A stretch of DNA of 55,551 bases from an uncultured Clostridia bacterium (GCA_947176485.1 CAMWQS010000001.1:1-55551); one strand, 5' to 3'. Shown: positions 27,025-36,713, counted from the stretch's first letter. Notes: generated from the letters alone by a model not told the origin. Numbers and translations are program-made.

Positions 27025-27513
27025 ATGGCACAAAACGTTTTTGAGGGCACTGAGAAGCAGATGTCCGAACTTATGGCTTGTATCGACGAGAACCGTGGCG
27101 AGCCGGGCGCGCTTATGCCCGTTTTGCACGCCGCACAGGATATCTACGGATATCTTCCCGCCGAAGTGCAGACGGTTATCGCAGAGGAGCTGAACGTTCC
27201 CCTTGCGGAGGTGTACGGCGTTGCAACCTTTTATTCGCAGTTTTCTTTAAACCCCAAGGGCAAGCACAAAATAAGCATTTGCCTTGGCACGGCTTGCTAC
27301 GTTAAAGGCTCGGATAAAATTTTGGAAGCGGTCGAGCACGAGCTAAGAATTAAGTGCGGTGAATGCACGCCCGACAAAAAGTTCTCAATTGAAAGCTGCC
27401 GTTGCGTGGGCGCGTGCGGGCTTGCACCCGTAATGATTATCGACGGCGAGGTTTACGGCAAGCTGTCCCCCGACGACGTAAAGGGCATACTCGACAAGTA
27501 CGTTAAGGATTGA
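27025..27513 (+). CDS. hydC: NuoE-like [2Fe-2S] subunit of bifurcating [FeFe]-hydrogenase
   Basis: CLGTACYVKG...CRCVGACGLAPV cysteine pattern. Start set at the SD-supported MAQNVF. Confidence 0.85.
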   Translation: MAQNVFEGTEKQMSELMACIDENRGEPGALMPVLHAAQDIYGYLPAEVQTVIAEELNVPLAEVYGVATFYSQFSLNPKGKHKISICLGTACYVKGSDKILEAVEHELRIKCGECTPDKKFSIESCRCVGACGLAPVMIIDGEVYGKLSPDDVKGILDKYVKD

Positions 27514-27521
27514 GGTGTAAA

Positions 27522-29414
27522 ATGACGGTAGAAGAATTAAGACGGATTTCCGCTGAAAAGGCGGCGCTTATAAACGTAAGAAGAATAGTACGCGAACAAG
27601 CCGAAAAGCTTGCGCCCCAAACGGGTTACAGAAAGCAGGTCTTGGTCTGCGGCGGTACGGGTTGTACCTCGTCGCACTCTCACCAGGTTATCGAGCAGCT
27701 TGAAAAGTCCTTTAAAGAGCTCGGCATTGACGACGTGCTAATCGTCAAAACGGGCTGCTTCGGTCTTTGTGCTTTGGGCCCTATAATGATAGTTTATCCC
27801 GAGGGTGCGTTCTATTCGCAGATGACCCCCGAGCACGCAAAGACGGTTGCCGAAAAGCACCTTGTAAAGGGCGGGCAAATCGTAAAAGAGCTTTTATACG
27901 CCGAAACCGTTCAACCCGACGGCGGCGTTATTCCCTTCTCGGAAATACCTTTCTACAAGCACCAGATGCGCATAGCACTCCGCAACTGCGGCGTAATCGC
28001 GGCGGAAAGTATTGAAGAAGCTATCGGCGCGGGCGACTATTCCGCGCTTGCGCGTGCCTTGTTTGAAATGACCCCCGACGGCGTAATTGATGAAATTTTA
28101 AAGTCGGGCCTTCGCGGTAGAGGCGGCGCGGGCTTCCCTACGGGTCGCAAATGGCTGTTCACGAAGCAAGCCGCCGGCGATAAAAAATACGTCTGCTGTA
28201 ACGCGGACGAGGGCGACCCCGGCGCGTTCATGGACAGGTCGGTCTTGGAAGGCGACCCCCATTGCGTGCTTGAAGCAATGACCATCGCGGGCTACGCGAT
28301 AGGCGCACAGGAAGGCTACATATACGTCCGTGCAGAGTATCCCATCGCGGTTGAAAGGCTTAACATAGCAATCAAGCAAGCAAGAGAATACGGCTTGCTC
28401 GGCAACAATATTTTGGGTAGCGGCTTCAACTTCGATATTCATATCCGTCTCGGCGCAGGCGCGTTCGTGTGCGGAGAAGAAACCGCGCTTATCGCAAGTA
28501 TCGAAGGGCACAGGGGCGAACCCCGTCCTAAGCCGCCCTTCCCCGCAAATAGCGGTATTTTCCAAAAACCCACGGTTATCAACAACGTAGAAACCTGGGC
28601 AAACGTCGCACCCATTATCAACAACGGCTACGCGTGGTTCTCTTCCATCGGCACCGAACGCAGCAAGGGCACAAAGGTCTTTGCGGTCGGCGGTAAAATC
28701 AACAACGTCGGGCTCGTGGAAGTACCTATGGGCACGCCCCTTAAAACTATCGTCTACGACATCGGCGGCGGCATCCCCCACGGCAAAAAATTCAAAGCCG
28801 CGCAGACGGGCGGACCTTCGGGCGGCTGTATCCCCGCAAAGCATATCGATATCGGTATGGACTTCGACAACCTCACTGCCATCGGCTCGATGATGGGCTC
28901 GGGCGGTCTTATCGTCATGGACGAGGACACCTGTATGGTGGACATCGCCAAGTTCTATCTCGAATTCACCGCGGACGAAAGCTGCGGTAAGTGTACGCCT
29001 TGCCGTATAGGCACCAAACGCCTTTTGGAAATTCTCGATAAAATTTGCAGCGGTAAGGGCGAGCCCGAGGACCTTGACAAAATCAAGGAAGTGGCGGAGC
29101 ATATGAAGTCCTCGTCGCTGTGCGCGTTGGGGCAGTCTGCGCCCAACCCCATACTTTCGGCAATGGAGCATTTCGGCGACGAGTACGAGGCGCATATCTA
29201 CGACAAGAAGTGCCCCGCAGGCGTATGCAAATCGCTTTTAAACTACCACATAGAACCCGACAAGTGCCGCGGCTGTACGCTGTGTGCAAGGAACTGTCCC
29301 GCAAACGCAATTTCGGGCGCAGTCAAGAGCGCGCACGAAATAGACACGACGAAGTGCATTAAGTGCGGTCAGTGTATTGCGCATTGCCGCTTCGGCGCAA
29401 TCGTCAAAAAATAA
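27522..29414 (+). CDS. hydB: NuoF-like NAD(H)/FMN-binding subunit of bifurcating [FeFe]-hydrogenase
   Basis: GRGGAGFPTGRKW, the SCGKCTPCR cluster motif and two C-terminal CxxCxxCxxxC ferredoxin motifs. Confidence 0.9.
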   Translation: MTVEELRRISAEKAALINVRRIVREQAEKLAPQTGYRKQVLVCGGTGCTSSHSHQVIEQLEKSFKELGIDDVLIVKTGCFGLCALGPIMIVYPEGAFYSQMTPEHAKTVAEKHLVKGGQIVKELLYAETVQPDGGVIPFSEIPFYKHQMRIALRNCGVIAAESIEEAIGAGDYSALARALFEMTPDGVIDEILKSGLRGRGGAGFPTGRKWLFTKQAAGDKKYVCCNADEGDPGAFMDRSVLEGDPHCVLEAMTIAGYAIGAQEGYIYVRAEYPIAVERLNIAIKQAREYGLLGNNILGSGFNFDIHIRLGAGAFVCGEETALIASIEGHRGEPRPKPPFPANSGIFQKPTVINNVETWANVAPIINNGYAWFSSIGTERSKGTKVFAVGGKINNVGLVEVPMGTPLKTIVYDIGGGIPHGKKFKAAQTGGPSGGCIPAKHIDIGMDFDNLTAIGSMMGSGGLIVMDEDTCMVDIAKFYLEFTADESCGKCTPCRIGTKRLLEILDKICSGKGEPEDLDKIKEVAEHMKSSSLCALGQSAPNPILSAMEHFGDEYEAHIYDKKCPAGVCKSLLNYHIEPDKCRGCTLCARNCPANAISGAVKSAHEIDTTKCIKCGQCIAHCRFGAIVKK

Positions 29415-29533
29415 AACGCATATAAGCGTCGCAATACTTCGTCAAGCTTGCGTTTTGCCTTGGTCATTTACTATTTGTAAACTCCCTGCGGCAAATCCGC
29501 GCTTTCCTTGTCTTGCTCGCTTCTCTGTGTTTT
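29414..29533 (+). repeat. Long-hairpin element R, copy 1 (hydB-hydA spacer)
   Basis: Shares conserved blocks with 35292-35412: AAAACGCATATAAGCG.CGCAATAC ... TCATTTAC-N5-GTAAACTC ... CCTTGTCTTGCT.GCTTCTCTG...TTTT. It starts on the hydB TAA. Confidence 0.75.
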
Positions 29534-29573
29534 AGGTCGTATATATCAGTTAGTTATTTATATAGAGGACAAT

Positions 29574-31289
29574 ATGGTAAATTTAAAAATTAACGGCATA
29601 CCCGTGAGTGTGCCCGAAGGCTCAACGATTTTACAAGCGGCTAAGCTTGCCAACGTAAGAATTCCCACACTTTGCTATTTAAAGGACGTTCAGTGCGTGG
29701 GCGCGTGCCGTCTTTGCCTCGTAGAGGCAACGGGCGCAAGGGGCTTGGTTGCGGCGTGCGTTTATCCCGTAACCGAGGGAATGGAAGTGCGTACCAACAC
29801 CCCCCGCGTAAGAAAATCGAGAAAGACTACTATCGAGCTTATTCTTTCCACGCATAAGAAAAAATGCCTTTCTTGCGTGCGTTCTATGAACTGCGAGCTT
29901 CAGAAGCTTGCCTTAGAGTACAACGCCGAAGAGGACAGATTTGGCACCGACCACGACTTGAAGCCCATCGACGATTTGTCGGCGTCGGTCGTGCGCGACA
30001 ACTCGAAGTGCATTATGTGTACCCGTTGCGTTGCTGCGTGCGAGCATCAGACGATAGGCGCAATAGGACCTAAAAACCGCGGCTACGCCAAAGTGATAGG
30101 TTCGCCGTACGACGTTTCGCTTGCCTTCACGCCCTGCGTAAACTGCGGACAGTGCGTAGTTGCGTGCCCAGTAGGTGCGCTATACGAAAAGTCGGCGGTG
30201 GCGGACGTATGGGGCGCAATAGTTGACCCCGAAAAAGAGGTGGTATTCTTCACCGCGCCTTCCGTCCGTGCAACCCTCGGCGAAGCGTTCGGCTTGCCCG
30301 CAGGCACCAACGTCGAAGGCAAAATGGTTACCGCAATCAAACAGCTCGGCAACGTTAAGTGCTTCAATATGGATATCACTGCAGACCTCACCATTATGGA
30401 GGAGGCAACCGAGCTTTTAAACAGATTACAGACGGGCAAACCCACGCCCATGTTCACAAGCTGCTGCCCCGGCTGGGTTAAGTTCGCGGAGCATTACTAT
30501 CCAGAATTCCTTCCCAACATATCCACTTGCAAATCCCCGCAGGAAATGTTCTCGGCAGTGCTTAAAACCTATTACTGTGAAAAGCACGGCATAGACCCCA
30601 AAAACCTTTACGTCGTTTCGGTTATCCCCTGCACGGCGAAGAAGTTCGAAATTTCGCGTGACGAGTTAGGGCACTATACGGATGCGGCGCTCACCACCCG
30701 TGAGCTTGCCAAAATGATAAAGGAAGCGGGCATCGATTTTGCTAATCTTAACGATAGCGAGTTCGACACACCGTTCGGTAAGGCGTCGGGCGCGGGCGCA
30801 ATCTTCGGCGCAACGGGCGGCGTAATGGAGGCGGCTTTAAGAACCGCCGCAATGAAGCTCGGCGGCAAGGGCGCACCTATCGAGTTTAAGGAAGTTCGCG
30901 GCACGCAAGGCGTTAAAGAAGCGGAGTACACCGTTGGCAAAACCACCGTCAAGGTGGCGGTTGCAAGTGGTCTCGGAAACGCAAGAAAAGTTTTGGAAGC
31001 TATAAAGAGCGGTGAAAAGGACTACACCTTCGTTGAAATCATGGCTTGCCCCGGCGGGTGCATAAACGGCGGCGGTCAGCCCTACGTCCACGACGAGGTC
31101 CGCAACAATATCGACTTAAAGGCAGTCCGCGCTAAGGCTTTGTACGACTATGACAAGGAAAGTAAAGTCCGTTGCTCGCACGATACCCCCGCGGTAGAAG
31201 TACTGTACAAGGAATACTTCGGCGAGCCTAATTCCCACAAGTCGCACGAGCTGTTACATACCACTTACGCAAAGAGAGATAAGTATTAA
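29574..31289 (+). CDS. hydA: [FeFe]-hydrogenase catalytic subunit
   Basis: N-terminal 2Fe-2S and 4Fe-4S cysteine motifs, and H-cluster motifs TSCCPGW and MACPGGCINGGGQP. Start set at MVNLKING after GAGGA. Confidence 0.95.
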   Translation: MVNLKINGIPVSVPEGSTILQAAKLANVRIPTLCYLKDVQCVGACRLCLVEATGARGLVAACVYPVTEGMEVRTNTPRVRKSRKTTIELILSTHKKKCLSCVRSMNCELQKLALEYNAEEDRFGTDHDLKPIDDLSASVVRDNSKCIMCTRCVAACEHQTIGAIGPKNRGYAKVIGSPYDVSLAFTPCVNCGQCVVACPVGALYEKSAVADVWGAIVDPEKEVVFFTAPSVRATLGEAFGLPAGTNVEGKMVTAIKQLGNVKCFNMDITADLTIMEEATELLNRLQTGKPTPMFTSCCPGWVKFAEHYYPEFLPNISTCKSPQEMFSAVLKTYYCEKHGIDPKNLYVVSVIPCTAKKFEISRDELGHYTDAALTTRELAKMIKEAGIDFANLNDSEFDTPFGKASGAGAIFGATGGVMEAALRTAAMKLGGKGAPIEFKEVRGTQGVKEAEYTVGKTTVKVAVASGLGNARKVLEAIKSGEKDYTFVEIMACPGGCINGGGQPYVHDEVRNNIDLKAVRAKALYDYDKESKVRCSHDTPAVEVLYKEYFGEPNSHKSHELLHTTYAKRDKY

Positions 31290-31300
31290 TAAAATGGATA

Positions 31301-31334
31301 AAGCCCGACGGCTGTGCGCCGTCGGGCTTTTTTA
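31301..31334 (+). terminator. Terminator after hydA
   Basis: AAGCCCGACGG..CCGTCGGGCTT followed by TTTTT. Confidence 0.85.
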
Positions 31335-31408
31335 AAATAAATTATTTTTATCTATTGAATATTGAAAAACGCTGTGTTAAAATAGTTATGTTAAAAGGGG
31401 GAACAGCT

Positions 31409-31828
31409 ATGAAAGACTGTAATTGCGGATATTGCGTGGGCGGCGAGCCGCTTGCTAAATTCGGTATAAAGATATGTGATTTATCCGTAAGTCAGCTTAT
31501 TCTGTTTAAAGAGCAATCCAAGCGCGGCAGAGTTATCGTCGCGTACAAAGACCACGTAAGCGAAATCGTGAATATCTCGGACGAGGAGCGCAACGCCTTC
31601 TTCGCGGACGTGAACCGCGCCGCAAAGGCTATCCACAAGGTATTCAAGCCCGATAAACTAAACTACGGCGCATACGGCGACACGGGTTGCCACCTTCATA
31701 TGCACCTTTGCCCCAAGTACGCGGGCGGGGACGAGTGGGGCGGCACCTTCACAATGAACCCGCAAAAAGTTTATCTTACCGATGACGAATATCAGAAGAT
31801 GATTGAAGATATTAAAGCGGCATTATAA
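31409..31828 (+). CDS. HIT-family (histidine triad) protein
   Basis: HLHMHL histidine-triad motif. AAAGGGGGA SD before the ATG at 31409. Confidence 0.75.
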   Translation: MKDCNCGYCVGGEPLAKFGIKICDLSVSQLILFKEQSKRGRVIVAYKDHVSEIVNISDEERNAFFADVNRAAKAIHKVFKPDKLNYGAYGDTGCHLHMHLCPKYAGGDEWGGTFTMNPQKVYLTDDEYQKMIEDIKAAL

Positions 31829-31843
31829 TAAGGGAGAATTTTT

Positions 31844-33070
31844 ATGGCACATAACGTAATTGCCGAAGCTAAAAGATGTTTAAACTGCAAAAGGCCCTTG
31901 TGTAGGCAAGGCTGCCCCGTGAATACGCCCATTCCCGATATGATTTCCACTTTTTTAAGCAGCGACATTAAAAAGGCGGGCAAGATGGTGTTCGATAACA
32001 ACCCGCTGTCCGTGGTCTGCTCGATAGTATGCAACCACGCCAACCAGTGCCAAGGGCACTGCGTTCGCGGCATTAAGGGCGAGCCCGTCGAAATAAGCAC
32101 TATCGAAAACTTCGTTTCGGGGCACTACCTTGACAGTCTCGAGCTTGAAAAGGCAGAGCCCAACGGCATAAAGGTTGCCGTCGTCGGCGCGGGTCCCGCT
32201 GGCATAACCATTTCAATTAAAATGGCGCAGCTCGGCTACGACGTAACCATATTCGAAAGCAAGACGGAAATAGGCGGCGTATTAAGATACGGCATTCCCG
32301 AGTTCCGCCTTCCCAAAGCCATAGTGGACAAGTACGAGGGGCTTTTACGCAAGCTCGGCGTTAAAATAAAATACAACGTAACCATCGGCAAAGCTTTCGG
32401 CATAGAGGAGCTTTTCCGCGACGGCTTCAAGGCAATTTCCATAGGCACGGGCGTAACCTGGCCCATTGCCTTGAATATCAAGGGTGAATCGCTCGGGCAC
32501 GTTCACTACGGCGTACACTTCCTGGAGCGTCCCGACGTTTACAAGCTCGGTCAGAAGATGGTCATAATCGGCGCGGGCAACGTCGCAATGGACGTGGCGC
32601 GCACGGCTTTAAGAAAGGGCGTAAGGGACGTTACCATTACGGTCAGAAGCGACAAGGTTTCGGCAAGCGACGAAGAAAGAGAGTACGCGGAAATCGAGGG
32701 TGCGCAGTTCGTATTTAACAAGCAGCCCGTTGAAATTACGGATAACGGCGTTCTGTTCGCCGACACCGTTTGCGACGAGGAAGGGCGCATTTTAAGCGTA
32801 TCCGATACGACGGAGCTGATGGAGGCGGACAGCGTTATGATATGTATTTCACAACGCCCGTCAAACCTTATCCTCACCCAGACGGAAGGGCTCGAAACCA
32901 ACGAGCGCGGGCTTGCAAAAATCAACCCAGACGGTTCGACAACCCGTAAAGGGCTGTTTGCCGCGGGCGACGTAGTGCGCGGCGCAAAGACTGTCGTTGA
33001 GGCGGTTGATACGGCAAAGCACGTTGCCGCCGCAATGGACGCATACTTGAAATCATTACCAAAAGAATAA
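31844..33070 (+). CDS. GltD/NfnB-like NAD(P)H-dependent FAD oxidoreductase with N-terminal Fe-S cysteines
   Basis: CLNCKRPLCRQGCP and CNHANQCQGHC cysteine clusters, VAVVGAGPAG and IIGAGNVAMD dinucleotide folds, GIPEFRLPK motif. Confidence 0.8.
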   Translation: MAHNVIAEAKRCLNCKRPLCRQGCPVNTPIPDMISTFLSSDIKKAGKMVFDNNPLSVVCSIVCNHANQCQGHCVRGIKGEPVEISTIENFVSGHYLDSLELEKAEPNGIKVAVVGAGPAGITISIKMAQLGYDVTIFESKTEIGGVLRYGIPEFRLPKAIVDKYEGLLRKLGVKIKYNVTIGKAFGIEELFRDGFKAISIGTGVTWPIALNIKGESLGHVHYGVHFLERPDVYKLGQKMVIIGAGNVAMDVARTALRKGVRDVTITVRSDKVSASDEEREYAEIEGAQFVFNKQPVEITDNGVLFADTVCDEEGRILSVSDTTELMEADSVMICISQRPSNLILTQTEGLETNERGLAKINPDGSTTRKGLFAAGDVVRGAKTVVEAVDTAKHVAAAMDAYLKSLPKE

Positions 33071-33084
33071 AAAGAATATAGAAA

Positions 33085-33120
33085 AAGCCGCCGCGGGCAC
33101 CTTCCCGCGGCGGCTTTAGT
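33085..33120. terminator. Bidirectional terminator between the GltD-like gene and kdgK
   Basis: 13-bp stem AAGCCGCCGCGGG/CCCGCGGCGGCTT. Confidence 0.8.
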
Positions 33121-33181
33121 TTGATTTGTGATTAGTTCGTTTTTCGCAAAAGTTATTAAGATACGAGATTAAACGGAACGT

Positions 33182-34216
33182 TTACCTTTGTATTTCGTAT
33201 TCTTGGTTCATAAGCTTTTTAATTGACGATTCGTCGTCGGTTATGTTGAAGTCGCCGTGCATAGTGTGTTTAATTACGGACGACGCAACCGCAAAGTTCA
33301 CTATCTCGTCGGGGTTCATTCCGCGCATAATCGCGTAAATCATACCGCTTGCAAACGCGTCGCCGCCGCCGACCCTATCCAAAATATTAAAGCGGTAGGT
33401 CAGGCTTTCGTAGGTTTCTCCCTCGTACCACATAAAGGCTTTAAGGCTGTTTTCACTGCCCGAATGTACGTATCTCACGTGCCTGCCTATCGCCTTAAAG
33501 TTGTACCGCTTGTGCAGCTCGCGGAAAATTCTGTCCTGCTCCTTATACGAAGGATTCATTGACAGTCCGTCTTTCATATCCTTGCCGTTCTCGTCGCGCA
33601 GGTTTATAGGCTCTATGCCGAACAACACGTCAACGTAAGGCAAATATTCGGTTATACAGTCGCGTGCCTCTTGCCAGCCCCACAACGCCGAGCGGAAGTT
33701 GCAGTCAAAGCTCACGGTCATTCCAAGCTCTTTTGCCGCTTTAAGCGCGTATAAAACGAGCTTGCGGCAGTTTTCCGAAAGCGCGGGTGTTATGCCCGAG
33801 GTGTGCAGCCAAGTAAAGCCTTTCAGCTTTTCTTTGAAATCTATTTGTGAGTAGTCGTACTTTGAGAACGCGCTGTCCTTTCTGTCGTAAGTAACCTTTG
33901 ACGAACGCACGCCGAAGCCCTCTTCCAAAAAGTAAATGCCCATTCTGCCCTCGTTCGAGTAGATGCAGGGCGAGCAGTGCACGTCGTTAGAGCGAAGGTA
34001 CCTTATCGCCGCCTTGCCTATCGAGCTTTCGGGCACTACCGTAAAGTACGAGGAGTCAACGCCAAGGTTTGAAAGCGCCGCCGCAACGTTCGCTTCCGCG
34101 CCGCCGTAGGTTACCTTGAACTCGTCTGTGGTGCGGATTTTTTCATAGTTAGGGGGCGAAAGCCTAAGTAAAAGCTCGCCCATAGTGATAAATTTAACGC
34201 CTGTTATATTTGCCAT
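33182..34216 (-). CDS. kdgK: PfkB-family sugar kinase, 2-dehydro-3-deoxygluconokinase-like
   Basis: MGELLLRLSPP N-terminus and GGGDAFASG PfkB signature. Start set at MANITGV with an AGAGGGA SD. Confidence 0.8.
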   Translation of the reverse strand: MANITGVKFITMGELLLRLSPPNYEKIRTTDEFKVTYGGAEANVAAALSNLGVDSSYFTVVPESSIGKAAIRYLRSNDVHCSPCIYSNEGRMGIYFLEEGFGVRSSKVTYDRKDSAFSKYDYSQIDFKEKLKGFTWLHTSGITPALSENCRKLVLYALKAAKELGMTVSFDCNFRSALWGWQEARDCITEYLPYVDVLFGIEPINLRDENGKDMKDGLSMNPSYKEQDRIFRELHKRYNFKAIGRHVRYVHSGSENSLKAFMWYEGETYESLTYRFNILDRVGGGDAFASGMIYAIMRGMNPDEIVNFAVASSVIKHTMHGDFNITDDESSIKKLMNQEYEIQR

Positions 34217-34345
34217 AATTTTCCCTCTTAAGTTTATTATATCACCCGTTTTTTTATTTGTACATACCAAAATTAAAAATTATCTTGCTTGAAGTACCGT
34301 TTTTTGATATAATTGTCTAAAACGGCAAACTTTTCGGGGGGACGA

Positions 34346-35293
34346 ATGAAAATAGCAATAAACACGAGCGCGATTTCCTATAACGGCGATATGGACTTTG
34401 CAGAGTTTGAACGCCTTGGCGAGATAAAGTACTTCGGTGAAATTCCGAGGGAAGAGCTTTTTGCCCTCTGCGCCGACTGTAACGCGCTAATCGTCAACAA
34501 GGTTGAAGTTGACGAAGCCTTGCTTGCGGCTTGCCCCGATTTAAAGTACGTGGGCACCTTCGCCACGGGCTATAACGTCGTGGATATCGAGGCGTGCCGT
34601 CGTCGCGGCGTAACCGTTTGCAACGCACCCGACTATTCCACACACTCTGTAAGCCAGCACGTTTTCGCCTTGCTTTTGAATTTGTACGGCAAAATTTCCG
34701 AATACACTTCGTCGGTTGCCGCGGGCGACTGGATAAAAAGCAAAACCTTCTGCTATTACCCGTATCCAACTTACGAGTTATCTGGCAAAACCTTCGGCGT
34801 TTTCGGCTACGGCAACATAGGCAAATCGGTTGCAAAAATAGCCGAAGCCTTCGGCGCAACCGTGGTTATCTGCACCCGCACCCCGCCCAAGGACTGCCCC
34901 TACAAACAGGTCAGCTTTGAAGAAATGCTTAAAATTTGCGATATAATTTCTCTGCACTGTCCGCTGACGGATAAAACGGCAAAGCTTATCGATAAAAAGG
35001 CTTTAAGCCTTATGAAGAAAACGTCAGTATTAATCAACACCGCACGCGGCGGACTCGTTGACGAGGTTGCGCTTGCCGCCGCCTTGAACGAGGGGCGCAT
35101 TGCGGGCGCGTGCCTCGACACTGTAGCCGTCGAGCCTATGCGTGCCGACAATCCGCTGTACGGCGCGAAGAATTGCCTTATAACGCCCCATATAGGTTGG
35201 TTGCCTAAGGAAACCCGCCAAAGACTTTTGGAGATTGTGGCGGGCAATTTAAAAGCTTATATGGAAGGCAAACCCATCAACGTAGTTAGTTAA
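34346..35293 (+). CDS. D-isomer-specific 2-hydroxyacid dehydrogenase (glycerate/hydroxypyruvate reductase-like)
   Basis: GVFGYGNIGKSVA NAD fold, NTARGGLVDE and TPHIGW motifs. GGGGGGA SD before the ATG at 34346. Confidence 0.85.
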   Translation: MKIAINTSAISYNGDMDFAEFERLGEIKYFGEIPREELFALCADCNALIVNKVEVDEALLAACPDLKYVGTFATGYNVVDIEACRRRGVTVCNAPDYSTHSVSQHVFALLLNLYGKISEYTSSVAAGDWIKSKTFCYYPYPTYELSGKTFGVFGYGNIGKSVAKIAEAFGATVVICTRTPPKDCPYKQVSFEEMLKICDIISLHCPLTDKTAKLIDKKALSLMKKTSVLINTARGGLVDEVALAAALNEGRIAGACLDTVAVEPMRADNPLYGAKNCLITPHIGWLPKETRQRLLEIVAGNLKAYMEGKPINVVS

Positions 35294-35412
35294 AACGCAT
35301 ATAAGCGGCGCAATACGGCGTTGCACTCCGTGCCGCCTTGCTCATTTACGCAAAGTAAACTCGCGGCGGTCGGTACTCGTGCGCCTTGTCTTGCTTGCTT
35401 CTCTGCATTTTT
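35292..35412 (+). repeat. Long-hairpin element R, copy 2
   Basis: Same conserved blocks and fold as 29414-29533. It starts on the TAA of the dehydrogenase gene and ends in TTTTT. Confidence 0.75.
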
Positions 35413-35428
35413 GACATACATTATAACA

Positions 35429-35462
35429 AAAGCCCCGCGGCGCACGCCGCGGGGCTTAATTA
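35429..35462. terminator. Bidirectional terminator between the dehydrogenase and the lipoprotein gene
   Basis: AAGCCCCGCGGCG-CA-CGCCGCGGGGCTT. Confidence 0.85.
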
Positions 35463-35470
35463 ATTTTATT

Positions 35471-36589
35471 TTAATCGTTGTATAACGTGCTTGTAATCGT
35501 ATCGAGCGAATAATTCAAAGTACCGAGGCTGAAAGGAATGGGCACCGACATTTTAACCATCGTCGTTCTGCCCGTGTTATTCCTTGCGTTATCGATTGCC
35601 GCAAACCAATACTGTTGCGAAACGCCATTCATATCGTTAGCCGAATTAAGCTTGGCGGTTACGCAAACGGTGTGCAAGGACTTGCCTTCGCCTTTGACGT
35701 ATAAACCGACTGCTTCGTTGCCTAAAATTTCCTCGTAAGCCGTTCTGTCTTTTTCGCTTAAAGCTGTGGAGGAACCTGTAAAGGTATAGTCCTGCAGCTT
35801 TCCGGAGGGTGAATAAACGCTGATAACCTGCGATAAGCCTTCGCTAAGCTGCATAGCCCTGACCGCGATATTCAAGCCGTTTACGTCTACCAAGGAGTTG
35901 TCCGTATCGCCAAGTCCGTCGGTTACGAACTCTTTTGCACCGTCGCCCGTTATAACGGTTTTAGCCGCCGTGCCCTCGTAGTTGTAAGAGGTTTCAACCG
36001 TCTGGTTGACCGTAACGTAAGCTTCTTCCAAGCTGCTTACTTGATACTCCGCAGGGGAAGCCCCGTTCACGATTTGCTTCGAATACAGCGGGCGCAAATG
36101 CTCGTTTACGTCCGTGAAATAGCTTACCGTCTTTATGCTGTTATGGAAGGGTTCGGAGGTTTTGTCGCCAACCGTGAAGGTAACGGAAGGAACGTCAAGC
36201 TCCGTTTCATAGCAGTATACGGTGATAGCCTCGTCGGGATAGGACGCCTTGAATTCTTCGTTAATCAAATCTTTTTTGAAGGTCGTCCCGTAGAACTTCG
36301 TCGTATAGGTACCGTCCGAATAGTCAACGGAATAGGTGGTGTTGCCCGCCGTTTCCTTGTCGTGTTTTACGGTATAGACGATTTCTTCCGCGCCCTTAAA
36401 CGCGTCGTTACCTTCGGTAAAGGTAGGCTGAATATATTTGAAATTCGTATCCGCATACCAGTTTGAGCTGAACGCCGCCTCGTTTGCTTTTCCGGTGTTG
36501 CCGCACCCGTTACAGCCGGTACAACCCGCAAAAATAACCGCACAGCCCGCCGCCAAGGTAAGCGCGGCAACGCCAAAACGTTTCTTCAT
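35471..36589 (-). CDS. Hypothetical lipoprotein
   Basis: Signal peptide with lipobox-like LAAGC/FAGC. No recognisable catalytic motif. Confidence 0.7.
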   Translation of the reverse strand: MKKRFGVAALTLAAGCAVIFAGCTGCNGCGNTGKANEAAFSSNWYADTNFKYIQPTFTEGNDAFKGAEEIVYTVKHDKETAGNTTYSVDYSDGTYTTKFYGTTFKKDLINEEFKASYPDEAITVYCYETELDVPSVTFTVGDKTSEPFHNSIKTVSYFTDVNEHLRPLYSKQIVNGASPAEYQVSSLEEAYVTVNQTVETSYNYEGTAAKTVITGDGAKEFVTDGLGDTDNSLVDVNGLNIAVRAMQLSEGLSQVISVYSPSGKLQDYTFTGSSTALSEKDRTAYEEILGNEAVGLYVKGEGKSLHTVCVTAKLNSANDMNGVSQQYWFAAIDNARNNTGRTTMVKMSVPIPFSLGTLNYSLDTITSTLYND

Positions 36590-36687
36590 AAAATACCCTT
36601 TAAATTGAAATTACGGTTATTATATCATATAATTTTAATTTTGTAAAAACTTTTATGCCCAAATTCTTTAAATTTACTTTCTCTTTA

Positions 36688-36696
36688 TGGTATAAT
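36688..36696 (+). promoter_or_regulatory. Extended -10 element upstream of addB (very short, SD-less 5' UTR)
   Basis: TGGTATAAT ends 17 nt before the ATG at 36714, with no SD in between. Confidence 0.45.
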
Positions 36697-36713
36697 GGTT
36701 TCACCTTAATTTT

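Noticed and set aside
28098-29195. 365-aa ORF on the minus strand inside hydB
   Set aside because: It lies entirely antisense to a gene with strong NuoF/ferredoxin motifs. Its Arg/Ala-rich, low-complexity composition is typical of shadow ORFs in GC-balanced coding sequence, and it has no SD.
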